Assembly: GCF_964213995.1 (NCBI RefSeq)
Contig: NC_135830.1
Span: 682,001 to 746,000 of the forward strand
Direction: 5' to 3'
Source: Mustelus asterias
Lineage: Eukaryota
DNA: 64,000 bases
Below the pieces are notes generated by a model that was not told the origin of the DNA, did not search any database, and saw nothing but the letters and a program-made list of their open reading frames with translations. Shown piece after piece: positions 38,160 through 51,500 of the stretch; the stretch's first letter is position 1; every line of letters starts with the position of its first letter. The translations under genes were made by a program, and so were the position numbers.

Positions 38160-39280
38160 ATAGAAACATAGAACATAGAAAAACTCCAGCACAAACAGGC
38201 CCTTCGGCCCACAATTTGTGCCGAACACATCCCTATCTTCTAGACCTACCTATAACCGTCCATCCTATGATGCTCCATGTACGCATCCAGGAGTCTCTTA
38301 AAAGACCCTATTGAGTTCGCCTCCACCACCACTGACGGCAGCCGATTTCACTCGCCCACCACCCTCTGTGTGAAAACGTTACCCCTAATATCTCCCCTGT
38401 ACCTACACCCCCAGCACCTTAAACCTGTGTCCTCTCTTAGCAGACATTTCCACCCTGGGAAAAAGCCTCTGAGGGTCCACTCGATCGATGCCTCTCAACA
38501 TCTTATATACCTCTATTAGGTCTCCTCTCATCCTACGTCTCTCCAAGGAGAAAAGACCGAGCTCCCTCAGCCTATCCTCATAAGGCATGCCACTCAATCC
38601 AGGCAACATCCTTGTAAATCTCCTCTGCACCCTTTCAATCTTTTCCACATCCTTCCGATAGTGAGGTGACCAGAACTGAGCACAGTACTCCAAGTGGGGT
38701 CTGACGAGGGTCTAATATAGCTGCATCATTATCCCCGGACTCCTCTACCCAATCCTTCGATTGATAAAGGCCAGCACACCATAGGCCTTCTTAACCACCT
38801 CCTCCACCTGCGGGGCCGATTTCAGAGTCCTATGGACCCGGACCCCAAGGTCCATCTGATCCTCTACAGTACTAAGAGTCTTTCCATTTATATTGTACTC
38901 CTTCATCCCATTTGACCTACCAAAATGGACCACGATGCATTTATCTGGGTTGAAGTCCATCTGCCAATTGTCCGCCCATTCTTGCATCCTATGTATGTCC
39001 CTCTGTAGCTTCTGACATCCCTCCAGAATATCCACAACCCCACCAACCTTCGTGTCGCCAGCAAACTTACCAAACCATCCCTCCGCTTCCTCATGCAGGT
39101 TATTTATGAAAATGACAAACAGCAAGGGTCCCAGAACAGATCCCTGGGGCACAGCACTGGTGACCGACCTCCATTTAGAAAAAGATCCATCTACACCCAC
39201 TCTCTGCCTCCTTTGGGCAAGCCAGTTCTGGATGCACCGGGCAGCAGACCATTGGATCCCATGCCCTCTCACTTTTTCTC
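38160..39280 (-). mobile_element. CR1 LINE, 5'-truncated
   Basis: ORFs 38745..39272 and 38403..38693 carry RT motifs; tail (TTCTATG)n at 38160-38180. Confidence 0.9.
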
Positions 39281-39904
39281 GAAGCTGGTTTTTCTAGAAG
39301 ATGGTTAATGAGCAACCTGTGGTGCGAGATCTTTGGGAAAGAGTGACCACAATATGATAGAATGCTTCATTAAGATGGCGAGCGGAACTATTAAGTCTGA
39401 GACTGGGGTCCTGAAATTCAGGAAAGCTAACATTCATGGTATGAGACGTTCATTGGCTTGGATAAGCTTGCAAAGGGTACTGAAGGGGTTAATAGTGGAC
39501 AGGAAATGACAGAGATTTTAATAACACAGGAATGACCTTCAACAACTGTACATCCTTCTCTGGCGTATGAGGAAAACGAGGAAGGTGGTTCAACCATGGA
39601 TAACAAGGGAAATCAGAGGTAGTCTTAAAGCGAAAGAAGAGGCATAATAATTGGCCAGCCAAAACAGCAAACCTGAGCACTGGGAGAACTTAAAAATTCA
39701 GCAGAGCAGGACAAAAGATTTAATTCAGAAGGAGAAAATAGAAGAGGAAAGCATGCTTGCGGAAAAGTAAAAACTGACTGCAGTAGTTTCTATAGATATG
39801 TGAAGAGAAAAAACTAGGCTGCTGGAGACAAACGTGGTTCCTTAGTTAGAATCAAGTGAATTCACAATGGGCAACAGAGAGATGACAGAACATCTAAACA
39901 AATC

Positions 39905-42900
39905 TAATCAAGGGTGGGTGCCAGTCGACAGGAAGGTGGGTTGAAGTGTGTCTACTTCAATGCAAGGAGCATCCGGAACAAGGTAGATGAACTTGGGGCG
40001 TGGATTGGTACTTGGGACTACGATGTTGTGGCCATTACGGAGACATGGGTAGAACAAGCACAGGAATGGTTGTTGGACCTTCCGGGGTATAGATGTTTCA
40101 GTAAGTGTAGGGAAGCTGGTAAAAGAGGTGGAGGAGTAGCATTGTTAATCAAGGATAGTTTAACGGCTGCGGAAAGGCACTTCAAGGGGGATCTGCATAC
40201 TGAGGTAATATGGCTGAAGTTAGAAATAGGAAAGGAGCGGCCACGTTGTTAGGAGTTTACTATAGGCCCCCAAATAGTAATAGAGAAGTGGAGGAAGAAA
40301 TTGCTAAGCAGATTATGGATAGGTGTGGGGGTCACAGGTAGTTGTCATGGGGGACTTTAATTTTCCAAATATTGATTGGAACCTTTGTAGGTCGAATAGT
40401 TCGGATGGGGCAGTTTTTGTGCAGTGTGTGCAGGAGGGTTTCCTGACACAATATGTGGATAGGCTGACAAGAGGTGGGGCCACATTGGATTTGGTACTGG
40501 GAAATGAACCGGGCCAAGTGTTAGAATTGGTTGTGGGAGAACACTTTGGAGATAGTGACCACAATTCGGTGTCTTTTGTTATTGCAATGGAGAGGGATAG
40601 GGCTCTACGACAGGGCAAGGTTAATTGGGGGAGAGGTAATTATGGTGAGATTAGGCAAGAATTAGGTGGCATAAAATGGGAACAGAAACTGTCAGGGAAA
40701 GGCACTGATGAAAAGTGGAACTTTTTCAAGGAACAAATACTGTGTGTCCTTGATTTGTATGTCCCTGTCAGGCAGGGAGGAAATAGCCGAGTGAGGGAAC
40801 CATGGTTCACAAAAGAGGTGGAATGTCTTGCAAAAAGGAAGAGGGAAGCTTATGTAGGGATGAGGACTCAAGGTTCAGATGGCTTGATTGAGGGTTACAA
40901 GTTAACAAGGAATGAGCTGAAAAAGGAGCTTAGGAGAGCTAGGAGGGGGCATGAGAAGTCCTTGGTGGGTCGGATCAAGGAAAACCCCAAGGCTTTTTAC
41001 TCCTATGTGACGAATAAAAGAATGACCAGGGTGAGGTTAGGGCCGGTCAAGGAAAGTAGTGGGAATTTGTGTATGGAGTCAGTAGAGATAGGAGAGGTGA
41101 CAAATGAATACTTTTCTTCAGTGTTCACTAAGGGGCGGCACGATAGCACAGTGGTTAGCACTGCTTCTTCACAGCTCCAGGGACCTGGGTTCGATTCCCG
41201 GCTTGGGTCACTGTCTGTGTGGAGTTTGCACATTCTCCTCGTGTCTGCGTGGGTTTCCTCCGGGTGCTCCGGTTTCCTCCCACAGTCCAAAGATGTGCGG
41301 GTTAGGTTGATTGGCCATGCTAAAATTGCCCCTTAGTGTCCTGAGATACGTAGGTTAGAGGGATTAGCAGGTAAATATGTAGGGATAAGGGGGTAGGGCC
41401 TGGGTGGGATTGTGGTCGGTGCAGACTCGATGGGCCGAATGGCCTCTTTCTGCACTGTAGGGTTTCTATGATTCTATGAGAGGGGCCATGTTTTTGAGGA
41501 AGAGAAGGTGTTACAGGCTAATAGGCTGGAGGAAGTAGATGTTCGGAGGGAGGATGTCCTGGCAGTTTTGAACAAACTGAAGGTCGATAAGTCCCCTGGG
41601 CCTGATAAAATATATCCTAGGATTCTTTGGGAGGCAAGAGATGAGATTGCAGAGCCTTTGGCTTTGATCTTTGGGTCCTCACTGTCCACGGGGATGGTGG
41701 CAGAGGACTGGAGAGTGGCGAATGTTGTTCCTCTGTTTAAGAAAGGGAATAGCAATGACCCTGGTAATTATAGGCCGGTTAGTCTTACTTCGGTGGTTGG
41801 AAAGTTGATGGAAAAGGTCTTAGGGTGGGGATTTACAACCATTTGGAAAGATGCGGATTAATCCGGGATAGTCAGCATGGATTCGTGAAGGGCAAGTTGT
41901 GCCTCACAAATCTAATAGAATTTTTTGAGTAGGTAACTAAGTGTGTTGATGGGGGTAGGGAAGTTGATGTCATATTCATGGAATTTAGTAAGGCGTTTGA
42001 TAAGGTCCCCCATGGTCGGCTTATGATGAAAGTGAGGAGGTGTGGGATAGAGGGAAAGTTGGCCGATTGGATAGGTAACTGGCTGTCTGATCGAAGACAG
42101 AGGGTGGTGGTCGATGGAAAATTTTCGGACTGGAGGCAGGTTGCTCGCGGAGTGCCACAGGGATCAGTGCTTGGTCCTCTGCTATTTGTAATTTTTATTC
42201 ATGACCTAGAGGAGGGGGCTGAAGGGTGGATCAGTAAATTTGCAGATGACACCAAGATTGGTGGCATAGTGGATGAGGTGGAGGGCTGTTGTAGACTGCA
42301 AAGGGACATAGATAGGATGCAAAGTTGGGCTGAAAAATGGCAGATGGAGTTTAACCCTGATAAACGTGAGTTGATTCATTTTGGTAGGACAAATTGAAAT
42401 GTGGTAGGGTTCTGAAGACTGTGGAGGAACAGAGAGATCTTGGGGTCCATATCCACAGATCTCTGAAGGTTGCCACTCAAGTGGATAGAGCTGTGAAGAA
42501 GGCCTATAGTGTGCTAGCTTTTATTAACAGGGGGTTGGGGTTTAAGAGTCGTGGGTTTATGCTGCAACTGTACAGGACCTTGGTGAGACCACATTTGGAA
42601 TATTGTCTGCAGTTCTGGTCACCTCACTATAAGAAGGATGTGGAAACACTGGAAAGAGTGCAAAGGAGATTGACCATGATGCTGCCTGGTTTGGAGGATA
42701 GGTCTTATGAGGAAAGGTTGAGGGAACTAGGGCTGTTCTCTCTGGAGCGGAGGAGGTTGAGTGGAGACTTAATAGAGGTTTATAAAATGATGAAGGGGAT
42801 AGATAGAGTGAAAGTTCAAAGACTATTTCCTCGGGTGGAGGGAGCTATTACAAGGGGGCATAACTATAGGGTTCATGGTGGGAGATATAGGAAGGATGTC

Positions 42901-43126
42901 CGAGGTAGGTTCTTTACTCAAGAGAGTGGTTGGGGTGTGGAATGGACTGCCTGCAGTGATAGTGGAGTCGGACCCTTTAGGAACATTTAAGCGGTTATTG
43001 GATAGGCACATGGAGCACACCAGGATGATAGGGAGTGGGATAGCTTGATCTTGGTTTCAGATAAAACTCGGCACAACATCGTGGGCCGAAGGGCCTGTTC
43101 TGTGCTGTACTGTTCTATGTTCTATG
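39905..43126 (+). mobile_element. CR1 LINE with near-complete but disrupted ORF2 (APE + RT), containing an HE1-like SINE
   Basis: YFNARSIRNK, GDFN and SDHN (APE) plus YRPVSLTS and FADD (RT) spread over several frameshifted ORFs. Confidence 0.95.
41133..41478 (+). mobile_element. HE1-like SINE, young full-length copy inserted in CR1
   Basis: GGGCGGCACGATAGCACAGTGGTTAGC..GGTTCGATTCC..TTTCTATGATTCTATG; CR1 reading continues on both sides. Confidence 0.95.
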
Positions 43127-43579
43127 TATAACAGTCGCTGAAGGTTCGCATGCAGGTACAGCAGGCAGTGAGGAAAGCCAATGGCATGCTGGCTTTCATA
43201 GCAAGAGGATTTGAGTATAGGAATTGGAAGACTTGTTGCAGCTATACATGGCCTTGGTTTGGCCACATTTTGAGTATTGTGTGCAGTTTCAATCTCCTGT
43301 CTGAGGAAGGACATGCTTGATATTGAGGCAGTCCAGCGAATGTTCATCAGACCAATTCCCCAAATGGCAGGACTAACATAGGAAGAAAGTCTGGATCGAC
43401 TGCACTTGTACCTGGAATATAGGAGAATGAGAGGGGATCTAATAGAAACGTATCAAATCAAATGGGACTGGACAGGCTCGATGTGGGAAGAATGTTCCCG
43501 TGTTGGGAAGTCCAGAACTAGGAGACACAGCCTAAGAAAAAAAGATAGGGCATTCAGGATATGAGGAAGAACATCTTTC

Positions 43580-44460
43580 ATAGAATCATAGAGTCATAGA
43601 GGTTTACAGCATGGAAACAGGCCCTTTGACCCAACTTGTCCATGCCTCCCTTTTTTTTTAAACCCCTAAACTAATCCCAATTGCCCGCATTTTGCCCATA
43701 TCCCTGCAGACCCATCTTACCCATGTAACAGTCTAAATGCTTTTTGAAAGACAAAATTGTACCCGCCTCTACTATTACCTCTGGCAGCTTGTTCCAGACA
43801 CTAACCACCCGGTGTGTGAAAAAATAGCCCCTCTGGACACTTCTGTGTCTCTCCCCTCTCACCTTAAACCTATGCCCTCTAGCTTTAGACTCCCCTACCT
43901 TTGGGAAATAATATTGACTGTCTAGCTGATCTATGCCCCTCATTATTTTATAGACCTCTATAAGGTCACCCCTCAGCTTTCGATGCTCCAGAGAAAAAAG
44001 TCCCAGTCTATCCAGCCTCTCCTTGTAACTCAAACCATCAAGACCCGGTAGCATCCTAGTAAATCTTTCTGCACTCTTTCTAGTTTAATAATATCCTTTC
44101 TATAATAGCGTGACCAGAACTGTACACAGCACTCCAAGTGTTGCCTTACCAATGTCTTGCACAACTTCAACAAGACGTCCCAACTCCTATATTCAATGTT
44201 CTGACCAATGAAACCAAGCAAGCTGAATGTCTTCTTCACCACTCTGTCCACCTGTGACTCCACTTTCAAGGAGCTATGAACATGTGCCCCTAGATCTCTT
44301 TGTTCTGTAACTCTCCCCAACGCCCTACCATTAACTGAGTAAGTCCTGCCCTGGTTCAATCTACCAAAATGCATGAACTCGCATTTATGTAAATTAAAGT
44401 CCATCTGCCATTCGTCAGCCCACTGGCCCAATTGATCAATATCCCATTGCAATCGGAGAT
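43580..44460 (-). mobile_element. CR1 fragment inserted into an older + strand CR1 (43127-43579 and 44470-44712)
   Basis: ORFs 44030..44452 and 43671..44054 encode the CR1 RT C-terminus. Confidence 0.9.
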
Positions 44461-45605
44461 TATCGGAGATAAACTTTATTCAGAGTTATGAACCTGTGGA
44501 ATTATCTACCACAGATGCTGTTGGGGTCAGTTCGTTAGAAATATTCAAGATGGACTGGACGTGAACCTTCCTGCTGAAGGGATCAAGGGGTATGGAGAAA
44601 AAGCGGAAGTCAGATACTGAAAGTGCATGATCAGTCATGATTATATTGAAAGGTGGTGCAGGATCGAAGGGCCGAATGGCCTACTCCTGCAGTTATTTTC
44701 TATGTTTCTATGTGTAGTTAGAAACTGACTTCTTCCTCGGCAGTTCATTATACTTCAGCATTGAGAATATATATACGTTTACTATACTTGCAAGGAAAGC
44801 ATGTGACTTAATCTCTCTCGAATTTATCTGCATCTGCCATACTGTTGGATGCACATTTTAAAATCGTATATTTACCAATGACAAGTTATGCTCCCACCTG
44901 TACCACTTATAGTGATCCGTGCTTATTTCCCCTTCGGACATTGATATGCAAATTTAGAATCTGTCGTCCAAGTCATGAATAAATATGGTGGATATTTGAA
45001 ACACCAGTGCAGATTCCTGGCAAACCATCATTTGTAAGGTACTATAAATCTGAATCTATAACATTTATCCCAACTTCCTCTATCTTTCCTTCAGCTACTT
45101 ATTTTCTGAGTTTGGTTGTGGAAGATCGTGGAACGTTTGCAGATTCCCTTACAGTAAATATCACGGGACACACTAATTTCTACTTATTGGCATAATCCAC
45201 AAAAAAATCAAAGAGATGAGTAACATCTCGCATCACCTGAACAGAAAAATCTGGACACTCGATATCTGACGTATAATGAGACTGTGTAAACTCAGCCAAA
45301 CACATGTTACATCGTTGAGAGGAAAAAATAATAGAATTTGGGATAATGGAGCGTTAAATGCAGGAGGATAATTGTATTTGCATGCGATTCAAAGCCGAAT
45401 TATGGACGTAGGCTTTACTCGGAATGCATGCGACGATTTTCAAATACTTCAATGAATTTTTAAAAAATGTGCACATTTGAATCCTCGTCACGCAGCATGT
45501 TCATGGATAATGAAGCTCACCCAATCTTACATTGGCCTGGATTTTTCAGCTAAGCATTGGTGCCAAAACATTTAATTCTGCACAATTCCAAATTTCAGAG
45601 GGATC

Positions 45606-48538
45606 TAATTGATGCATGGATGGGGACTGCAATGCACGGCATTGCAGAGGTGGGGTGGAGCAGGGTTTGAAATGTGTATACTTCAATGCCAGGAGTATTC
45701 GCAATAAAGTGGGTGAACTTGCAGCGTGGATCAGTACCTGGGACTTCGATGTTGTGGCTATTTCAGAGACATGGATAGAGCAGGGGCAGGAATGGATGCT
45801 GCAGGTCCCGGGGTTCAAATGTTTTAGTCGAAGTAGGGAAGGAGGTAGAAGAGGGGGAGGGGTAGCATTATTGGTCAGAGATTGTATCACAGTGTCAGAG
45901 AGGAGGTTTGATGAGGACTTATCTGTTGAGGTAGTATGGGCGGAGATTAGAAATAGGAGAGGAGAGGTCACCCTGTTGGGAGTCTTTTATAGACCTCCTA
46001 AAAGTTCTAGAGAGGTTGAGGAAAGGATTGCGGAGTCAATCCTGCTTAGGAGTGAAAGTAATAGGGCAATTGTTATGGGGGATTTTAACTTGACTAATAT
46101 TGACTGGAATTGTTATAGCTCTAGCTCGTTAGAGGGGTCAGTTTTTGTTCAAAGCGTGCAGGAAGGTTTTTTGACTCAGTATGTAGACAGGCCAACTAGA
46201 GGTGAGGCTATATTGGATCTGGTGCTGGGAAATGAGCCAGACCAGGTGCTAGACTTGGAAGTTGGTGTGCATTTTGGTGATAGTGACCACAATTCGGTTA
46301 CGTTCACCTTAGTGATGGAAAGGGATAGGCATGAACCTCGGGCCAATGGTTTTAGCTGGGGGAAGGGTAATTATGAGGCTATTAGGAGAGAATTAGGAAA
46401 CATAGGTTGGACTAGGAGATTACAGGGACTGGGAACGTCCGACATGTGGAGTTTTTTCAAGGAGCAGCTACTGCGAGTCTGTGATAGGTATGTCCCTGTC
46501 AGGCAAGGAGGAATTGGTAGGGCTAGGGAACCGTGGTGCACCAAAAAAGTTTCTTTGTTGGTTAAAAAGAAAAAGGAGGCTTATGTTCGGATGAGACGTG
46601 AGCACTCGGGTAGTGCACTAGAAAGCTTTAGATTGGCTAAGAGGGAGTTGAAGAGCGAGCTTAGAAGGGCTAAAAGGGGACATGAGAAGACTTTGGCGGA
46701 TAGGGTTAAAGAGAATCCTAAGGCGTTCTATAGGTATGTCAAGAACAGAAGGTTGGTTAGGGCAAGTTTAGGGCCAGTTATAGATGGCAGAGGGAAGTTA
46801 TGTGTGGAACCGGAGGAGATTGGTGAAGCATTGAACCAATATTTCTCTTCGGTGTTCACGCAAGGGGACATGAATATAGCTGAGGAGGACACTGGGTTGC
46901 AAGGGAGTAGAATAGACAGTATTACAGTTGATAAGGAGGATGTGCAGGATATTCTGGAGGGTCTGAAAATAGATAAATCCCCTGGTCCGGATGGGATTTA
47001 TCCAAGGATTCTCTGGGAGGCAAGAGAAGTGATTGCAGAGCCTCTGGCTCTGATCTTCAGGTCGTCGTTGGCCTCTGGTATAGTACCAGAAGATTGGAGG
47101 TTAGCGAATGTTGTCCCATTGTTTAAGAAGGGGAACAGAGACTTCCCCGGGAATTATAGACCGGTGAGTCTCACTTCTGTTGTCGGCAAGATGTTGGAAA
47201 AAATTATAAGGGATAGGATTTATAGTTATTTGGAGAGTAATGAATTGATAGGTGATAGTCAGCATGGTTTTGTGGCAGGTAGGTCGTGCCTTACTAACCT
47301 TATTGAGTTTTTTGAGAAAGTGACCAAGGAGGTGGATGGGGGCAAGGCAGTGGACGTGGTATATATGGATTTTAGTAAGGCGTTTGATAAGGTTCACCAT
47401 GGTAGGCTTCTGCAGAAAATGCAGATGTATGGGATTGGGGGTGATCTAGGAAATTGGATCAGGAATTGGCTAGCGGATAGGAAACAGAGGGTGGTGGTTG
47501 ATAGTAAATATTCATCATGGAGTGCGGTTACAAGTGGTGTACCTCAGGGATCTGTTTTGGGGCCACTGCTGTTTGTAATATTTATTAATGATCTGGATGA
47601 GGGTATAGTTGGGTGGATTAGCAAATTTGCTGATGACACCAAAGTCGGTGGTGTGGTAGACAGTGAGGAAGGGTGTCGTAGTTTGCAGGAAGACTTAGAC
47701 AGGTTGCAAAGTTGGGCCGAGAGGTGGCGGATGGAGTTTAATGCGGAGAAGTGTGAGGTAATTCACTTTGGTAGGAATAACAGATGTGTTGAGTATAGGG
47801 CTAACGGGAGGACTTTGAATAGTGTGGAGGAGCAGAGGGATCTAGGTGTATGTGTGCATAGATCCCTGAAAGTTGGGAATCAAGTAGATAAGGTTGTTAA
47901 GAAGGCATATGGTGTCTTGGCGTTTATTGGTAAGGGGATTGAATTTAGGAGTCGTAGCGTTATGTTGCAACTGTACACAACTCTGGTGCGGCCGCACTTG
48001 GAGTACTGTGTGCAGTTCTGGTCCCCACATTACAGGAAGGATGTGGAGGCTTTGGAGAGGGTGCAGAGGAGGTTTACCAGGATGTTGCCTGGTATGGAGG
48101 GGAGATCCTATGAGGAGAGGCTGAGGGATTTGGGATTGTTTTCGCTGGAAAGGCGGCGGCTAAGAGGGGATCTTATTGAAACATATAAGATGATTAGAGG
48201 TTTAGATAGGGTGGATAGTGATAGCCTTTTTCCTCTGATGGAGAAATCCAGCACGAGGGGGCATGGCTTTAAATTGAGGGGGGGTAGTTATAGAACCGAT
48301 GTCAGGGGTAGGTTCTTTACCCAGAGGGTGGTGAGGGATTGGAATGCCCTGCCAGCATCAGTAGTAAATGCGCCTAGTTTGGGGGCGTTTAAGAGATCCG
48401 TAGATAGGTTCATGGACGAAAAGAAATTGGTTTAGGTTGGAGGGTCACAGTTTTTTTTTTAACTGGTCGGTGCAACATCGTGGGCCGAAGGGCCTGTTCT
48501 GCGCTGTAATGTTCTATGTTCTATGTTCTATGTTCTAT
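45606..48538 (+). mobile_element. Young CR1 LINE (ORF1 missing), inserted into an older CR1 fragment
   Basis: Intact ORF2, short 3' UTR and (GTTCTAT)n tail; ATCT at both junctions; decayed CR1 continues at 48540-49205. Confidence 0.9.
45616..48435 (+). CDS. Intact CR1 LINE ORF2 (APE endonuclease + reverse transcriptase), 939 aa
   Basis: Uninterrupted ORF with [50 protein letters not shown] and FADD. Confidence 0.95.
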   Translation: MDGDCNARHCRGGVEQGLKCVYFNARSIRNKVGELAAWISTWDFDVVAISETWIEQGQEWMLQVPGFKCFSRSREGGRRGGGVALLVRDCITVSERRFDEDLSVEVVWAEIRNRRGEVTLLGVFYRPPKSSREVEERIAESILLRSESNRAIVMGDFNLTNIDWNCYSSSSLEGSVFVQSVQEGFLTQYVDRPTRGEAILDLVLGNEPDQVLDLEVGVHFGDSDHNSVTFTLVMERDRHEPRANGFSWGKGNYEAIRRELGNIGWTRRLQGLGTSDMWSFFKEQLLRVCDRYVPVRQGGIGRAREPWCTKKVSLLVKKKKEAYVRMRREHSGSALESFRLAKRELKSELRRAKRGHEKTLADRVKENPKAFYRYVKNRRLVRASLGPVIDGRGKLCVEPEEIGEALNQYFSSVFTQGDMNIAEEDTGLQGSRIDSITVDKEDVQDILEGLKIDKSPGPDGIYPRILWEAREVIAEPLALIFRSSLASGIVPEDWRLANVVPLFKKGNRDFPGNYRPVSLTSVVGKMLEKIIRDRIYSYLESNELIGDSQHGFVAGRSCLTNLIEFFEKVTKEVDGGKAVDVVYMDFSKAFDKVHHGRLLQKMQMYGIGGDLGNWIRNWLADRKQRVVVDSKYSSWSAVTSGVPQGSVLGPLLFVIFINDLDEGIVGWISKFADDTKVGGVVDSEEGCRSLQEDLDRLQSWAERWRMEFNAEKCEVIHFGRNNRCVEYRANGRTLNSVEEQRDLGVCVHRSLKVGNQVDKVVKKAYGVLAFIGKGIEFRSRSVMLQLYTTLVRPHLEYCVQFWSPHYRKDVEALERVQRRFTRMLPGMEGRSYEERLRDLGLFSLERRRLRGDLIETYKMIRGLDRVDSDSLFPLMEKSSTRGHGFKLRGGSYRTDVRGRFFTQRVVRDWNALPASVVNAPSLGAFKRSVDRFMDEKKLV

Positions 48539-51500
48539 CTGGTGCATGAGCCCCAAAACCTATTAATTAAGAAGGCTAAAGTAAATGCATAATTTAACAA
48601 GAGAGGAAATTAATTCATAAATAACGATATTATGCTTCAGTTATACAAGGCATTGGTGAGACTGCATTTTAGATAATGTGAGCAGTTTTCATCTCCTTAC
48701 TTACACAAGGATATAAATGTGTTGGAACAGGTTTGCTGAATTTATTCCTGGAATGAGTGGGTTATCTTATGAGGCTAATGTCGAAATACGATGTGTGTTT
48801 CCAGTGGAGTTTCGAATTGTGGGCTGTGACTGGTTGAAGTATATACGATTCTAAATAGTATTCACACAGTAGACGTGGAAAAGATGACATTTTGAGTCTT
48901 GTGGGTGAACCCATAACTGGGGGGGGGGGGGGGGGTGCGGCGGTGGGAATCATTTTCAAATTAGTGCTCTGCTTTTTGGGACAGCAATGAAGTCATTATT
49001 TTTCTATTTGCAGCTTTGGAATTCTCTGCCTCAGAAAGGAGAGGAAGCCAGGTCATTGAAGCTGTTCAAGGCGGAAGTAGATAGATTATTGTTCAGAAAG
49101 AGGCCAAAAGTTATCGGAATGTAGCACTAAAACACAAAGAGATTAACCAGCATGTTGTCCAATGGCGGAACAGGCTCGAGGGATTGAATTGCCTACCTCT
49201 GTTCCCGTACTATAACGTACTTCAAGACTGTGATTTAACACCCATAGATATTAAAGATCAAAGATCTCCTGACGGCAGCAGTATTATCACAGTAAGAGTG
49301 CTAAAACAAAGTTAACAGAATAGCAGAGGAAATGCATCTTTCAACTCTTCCAGAAATTTCAATTAGCTATAGTAATTCACCCCAAAACTTCCCCTGTGCA
49401 CTGATCATCAACAAGAATGGAGGGCTGTAAAAGTATCCATCTCTACTCTCAATATGATATCGACCTGTGCATTCCAACAAAAGTATGTCCCAGCACTTGT
49501 CAGGAGGTAATGCATGTTTACTTCTGACAGCAGCAGTGAATTTAAGACGATTAGAAATAGGAACAGGAATAGACCGTTCAGTTCTTCATGTCTTCTCCGT
49601 CATTTAATAATATTAAAGCTGATTTACCACTCACACAATCCACGTTCCTGTTTTATCTCTATCACCCTTAATTCCCATACTTATTTAGAACCTATCAATC
49701 TAAGCCTTGAAAATGCTCAACTATTAGATTTCCGCAGCTTCTTGGGGTAAAGAATTACAAAGATTCACGAACCTTTGAGAGTAGAAATTCTTCCCCAACT
49801 CCGTCTTCCATGATCACAACTTTATCCTGCGACTATGTCCTCTGGTCCTCTACTCTCCCATGAGTGCAAATATTCTCTGAAAATCTACCCCACCCAACCC
49901 CCAAAGAATAATTTTGTTTCTTGAGTTCTGTTCAGGAGATCAAAGATTGCTGATGACTCCACACGCCTTCCATTCGCTAATCAACACAGGCTTAATGTGG
50001 ATGTTGACATGGTTCATGAACGAAACATTAAACATGTTGGTAAATTTCACAGATTCACAACTTTCATTCTGAAGACAATTCACTCGATAATTTTTCTAAA
50101 CTTAATAAAAAATTAACAATGTACCTCTGACACCTCCTTACAATTGAAAACTCATTTATTTTTCTTTTATCGAACCTTTCCTCCTTTTCAATATTTTAAA
50201 ACATTCTTATTGTATCGACCCATACTCAATTTTCTTTAGAAGGAAATTGAACAATTCACTTATTTGTTTATTCGTATTTATTTAGTCTCTTCCTTGTGAA
50301 ATCTCTGGTGAACCAGAGTGGCAGCAGTTTGACGAAGTTGCAGAACAAATACTTATACAGCTGGCCTAATAATAAAGAGAGGTCATTTCAAAAACCATCA
50401 CAGCAGCTTTCGAGTTAAGAAAAACTGTAAAATAATAAATGTGTAACTAAAATGATACGATCTACAATGCTGACCATGAAGATGCGCAATTGTCAAAAAT
50501 GACGCTTTTTACGGTATATTCTCCATTACAGAACAATATCTACTGTTCCGAACCGACATCACTTGGAAGAAACCCCAAAAACGCAACAATGTAATTTCCA
50601 CTTAAGTTCTATCTAAGAGCCATCCTGCTCAGAAAGAAGCTCATGACAATATTTCATGTGTAACGAGGGAAAGACAATTAATACTGGTTTTCCCAGAGAC
50701 ATGTGCACCTTTGAATGAATAAAACTACAAGTTATGTCTTGTGCAGTATTTGAAGCCTCAATCTCCATACCATATTAAAGGACCAAATATCACTTAATCC
50801 CTCTGCTCATTCCAAAAACCGAACAAAGTTCTATTCAGGGTTTCATTCCCAGGATATATTTTTTTGTTTACTCATCTCAAAGTTACTGATTGAATGACAT
50901 CTGTCACTCTTTAGCTCATTGTTCCATTTAAAAAATGGCTTTGGTCTTCTAATTATTAACAATATGCATTTGCTTTTAATTGCAGTGTCACACCCACCTT
51001 TTGGAACACTCTCCATAAGACCACCGCATAAAATAACTAATATGTATCCAGCGCCTTCAACATAATGAACATCCCAACAAGTATCACCAGTTCCTTATGA
51101 AAGAAATAATGGGACCGAGACAAATAAGGAAATATTATTTCAATTTATGAATCTCCTGATAAAGAGGCAACTTATAATAACTGTATTAAAATGGGAACGC
51201 AAGGTTATGCGGCAGACAGGTAGACGGCTTGTATCCCACAAGTGGTGGAGCAATTAAAACTGTGAGTGTACTGGAGACGACAATTAGAGGCATGTACATC
51301 ATCGATGGTTGAGCGTTTGGCGGAGATTACAGCGATACAAAAATCTGAAGCACAAGAGGGTTTTGTAAACAGGGATGACAATATTGAAATTACAGGTGTT
51401 GGAGGAAAATGGGACCTTATGCGTGTTACGATATGGACATTAGATGCTTACATCACCTTCAATTTACTGTGGGTATTGTGTGGGAGATAGGAATACGTTG

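Noticed and set aside
44946-45383. Additional octamers (44946, 45376; also 37294)
   Set aside because: No adjacent TATA box or leader exon; plausible by chance in AT-rich DNA.
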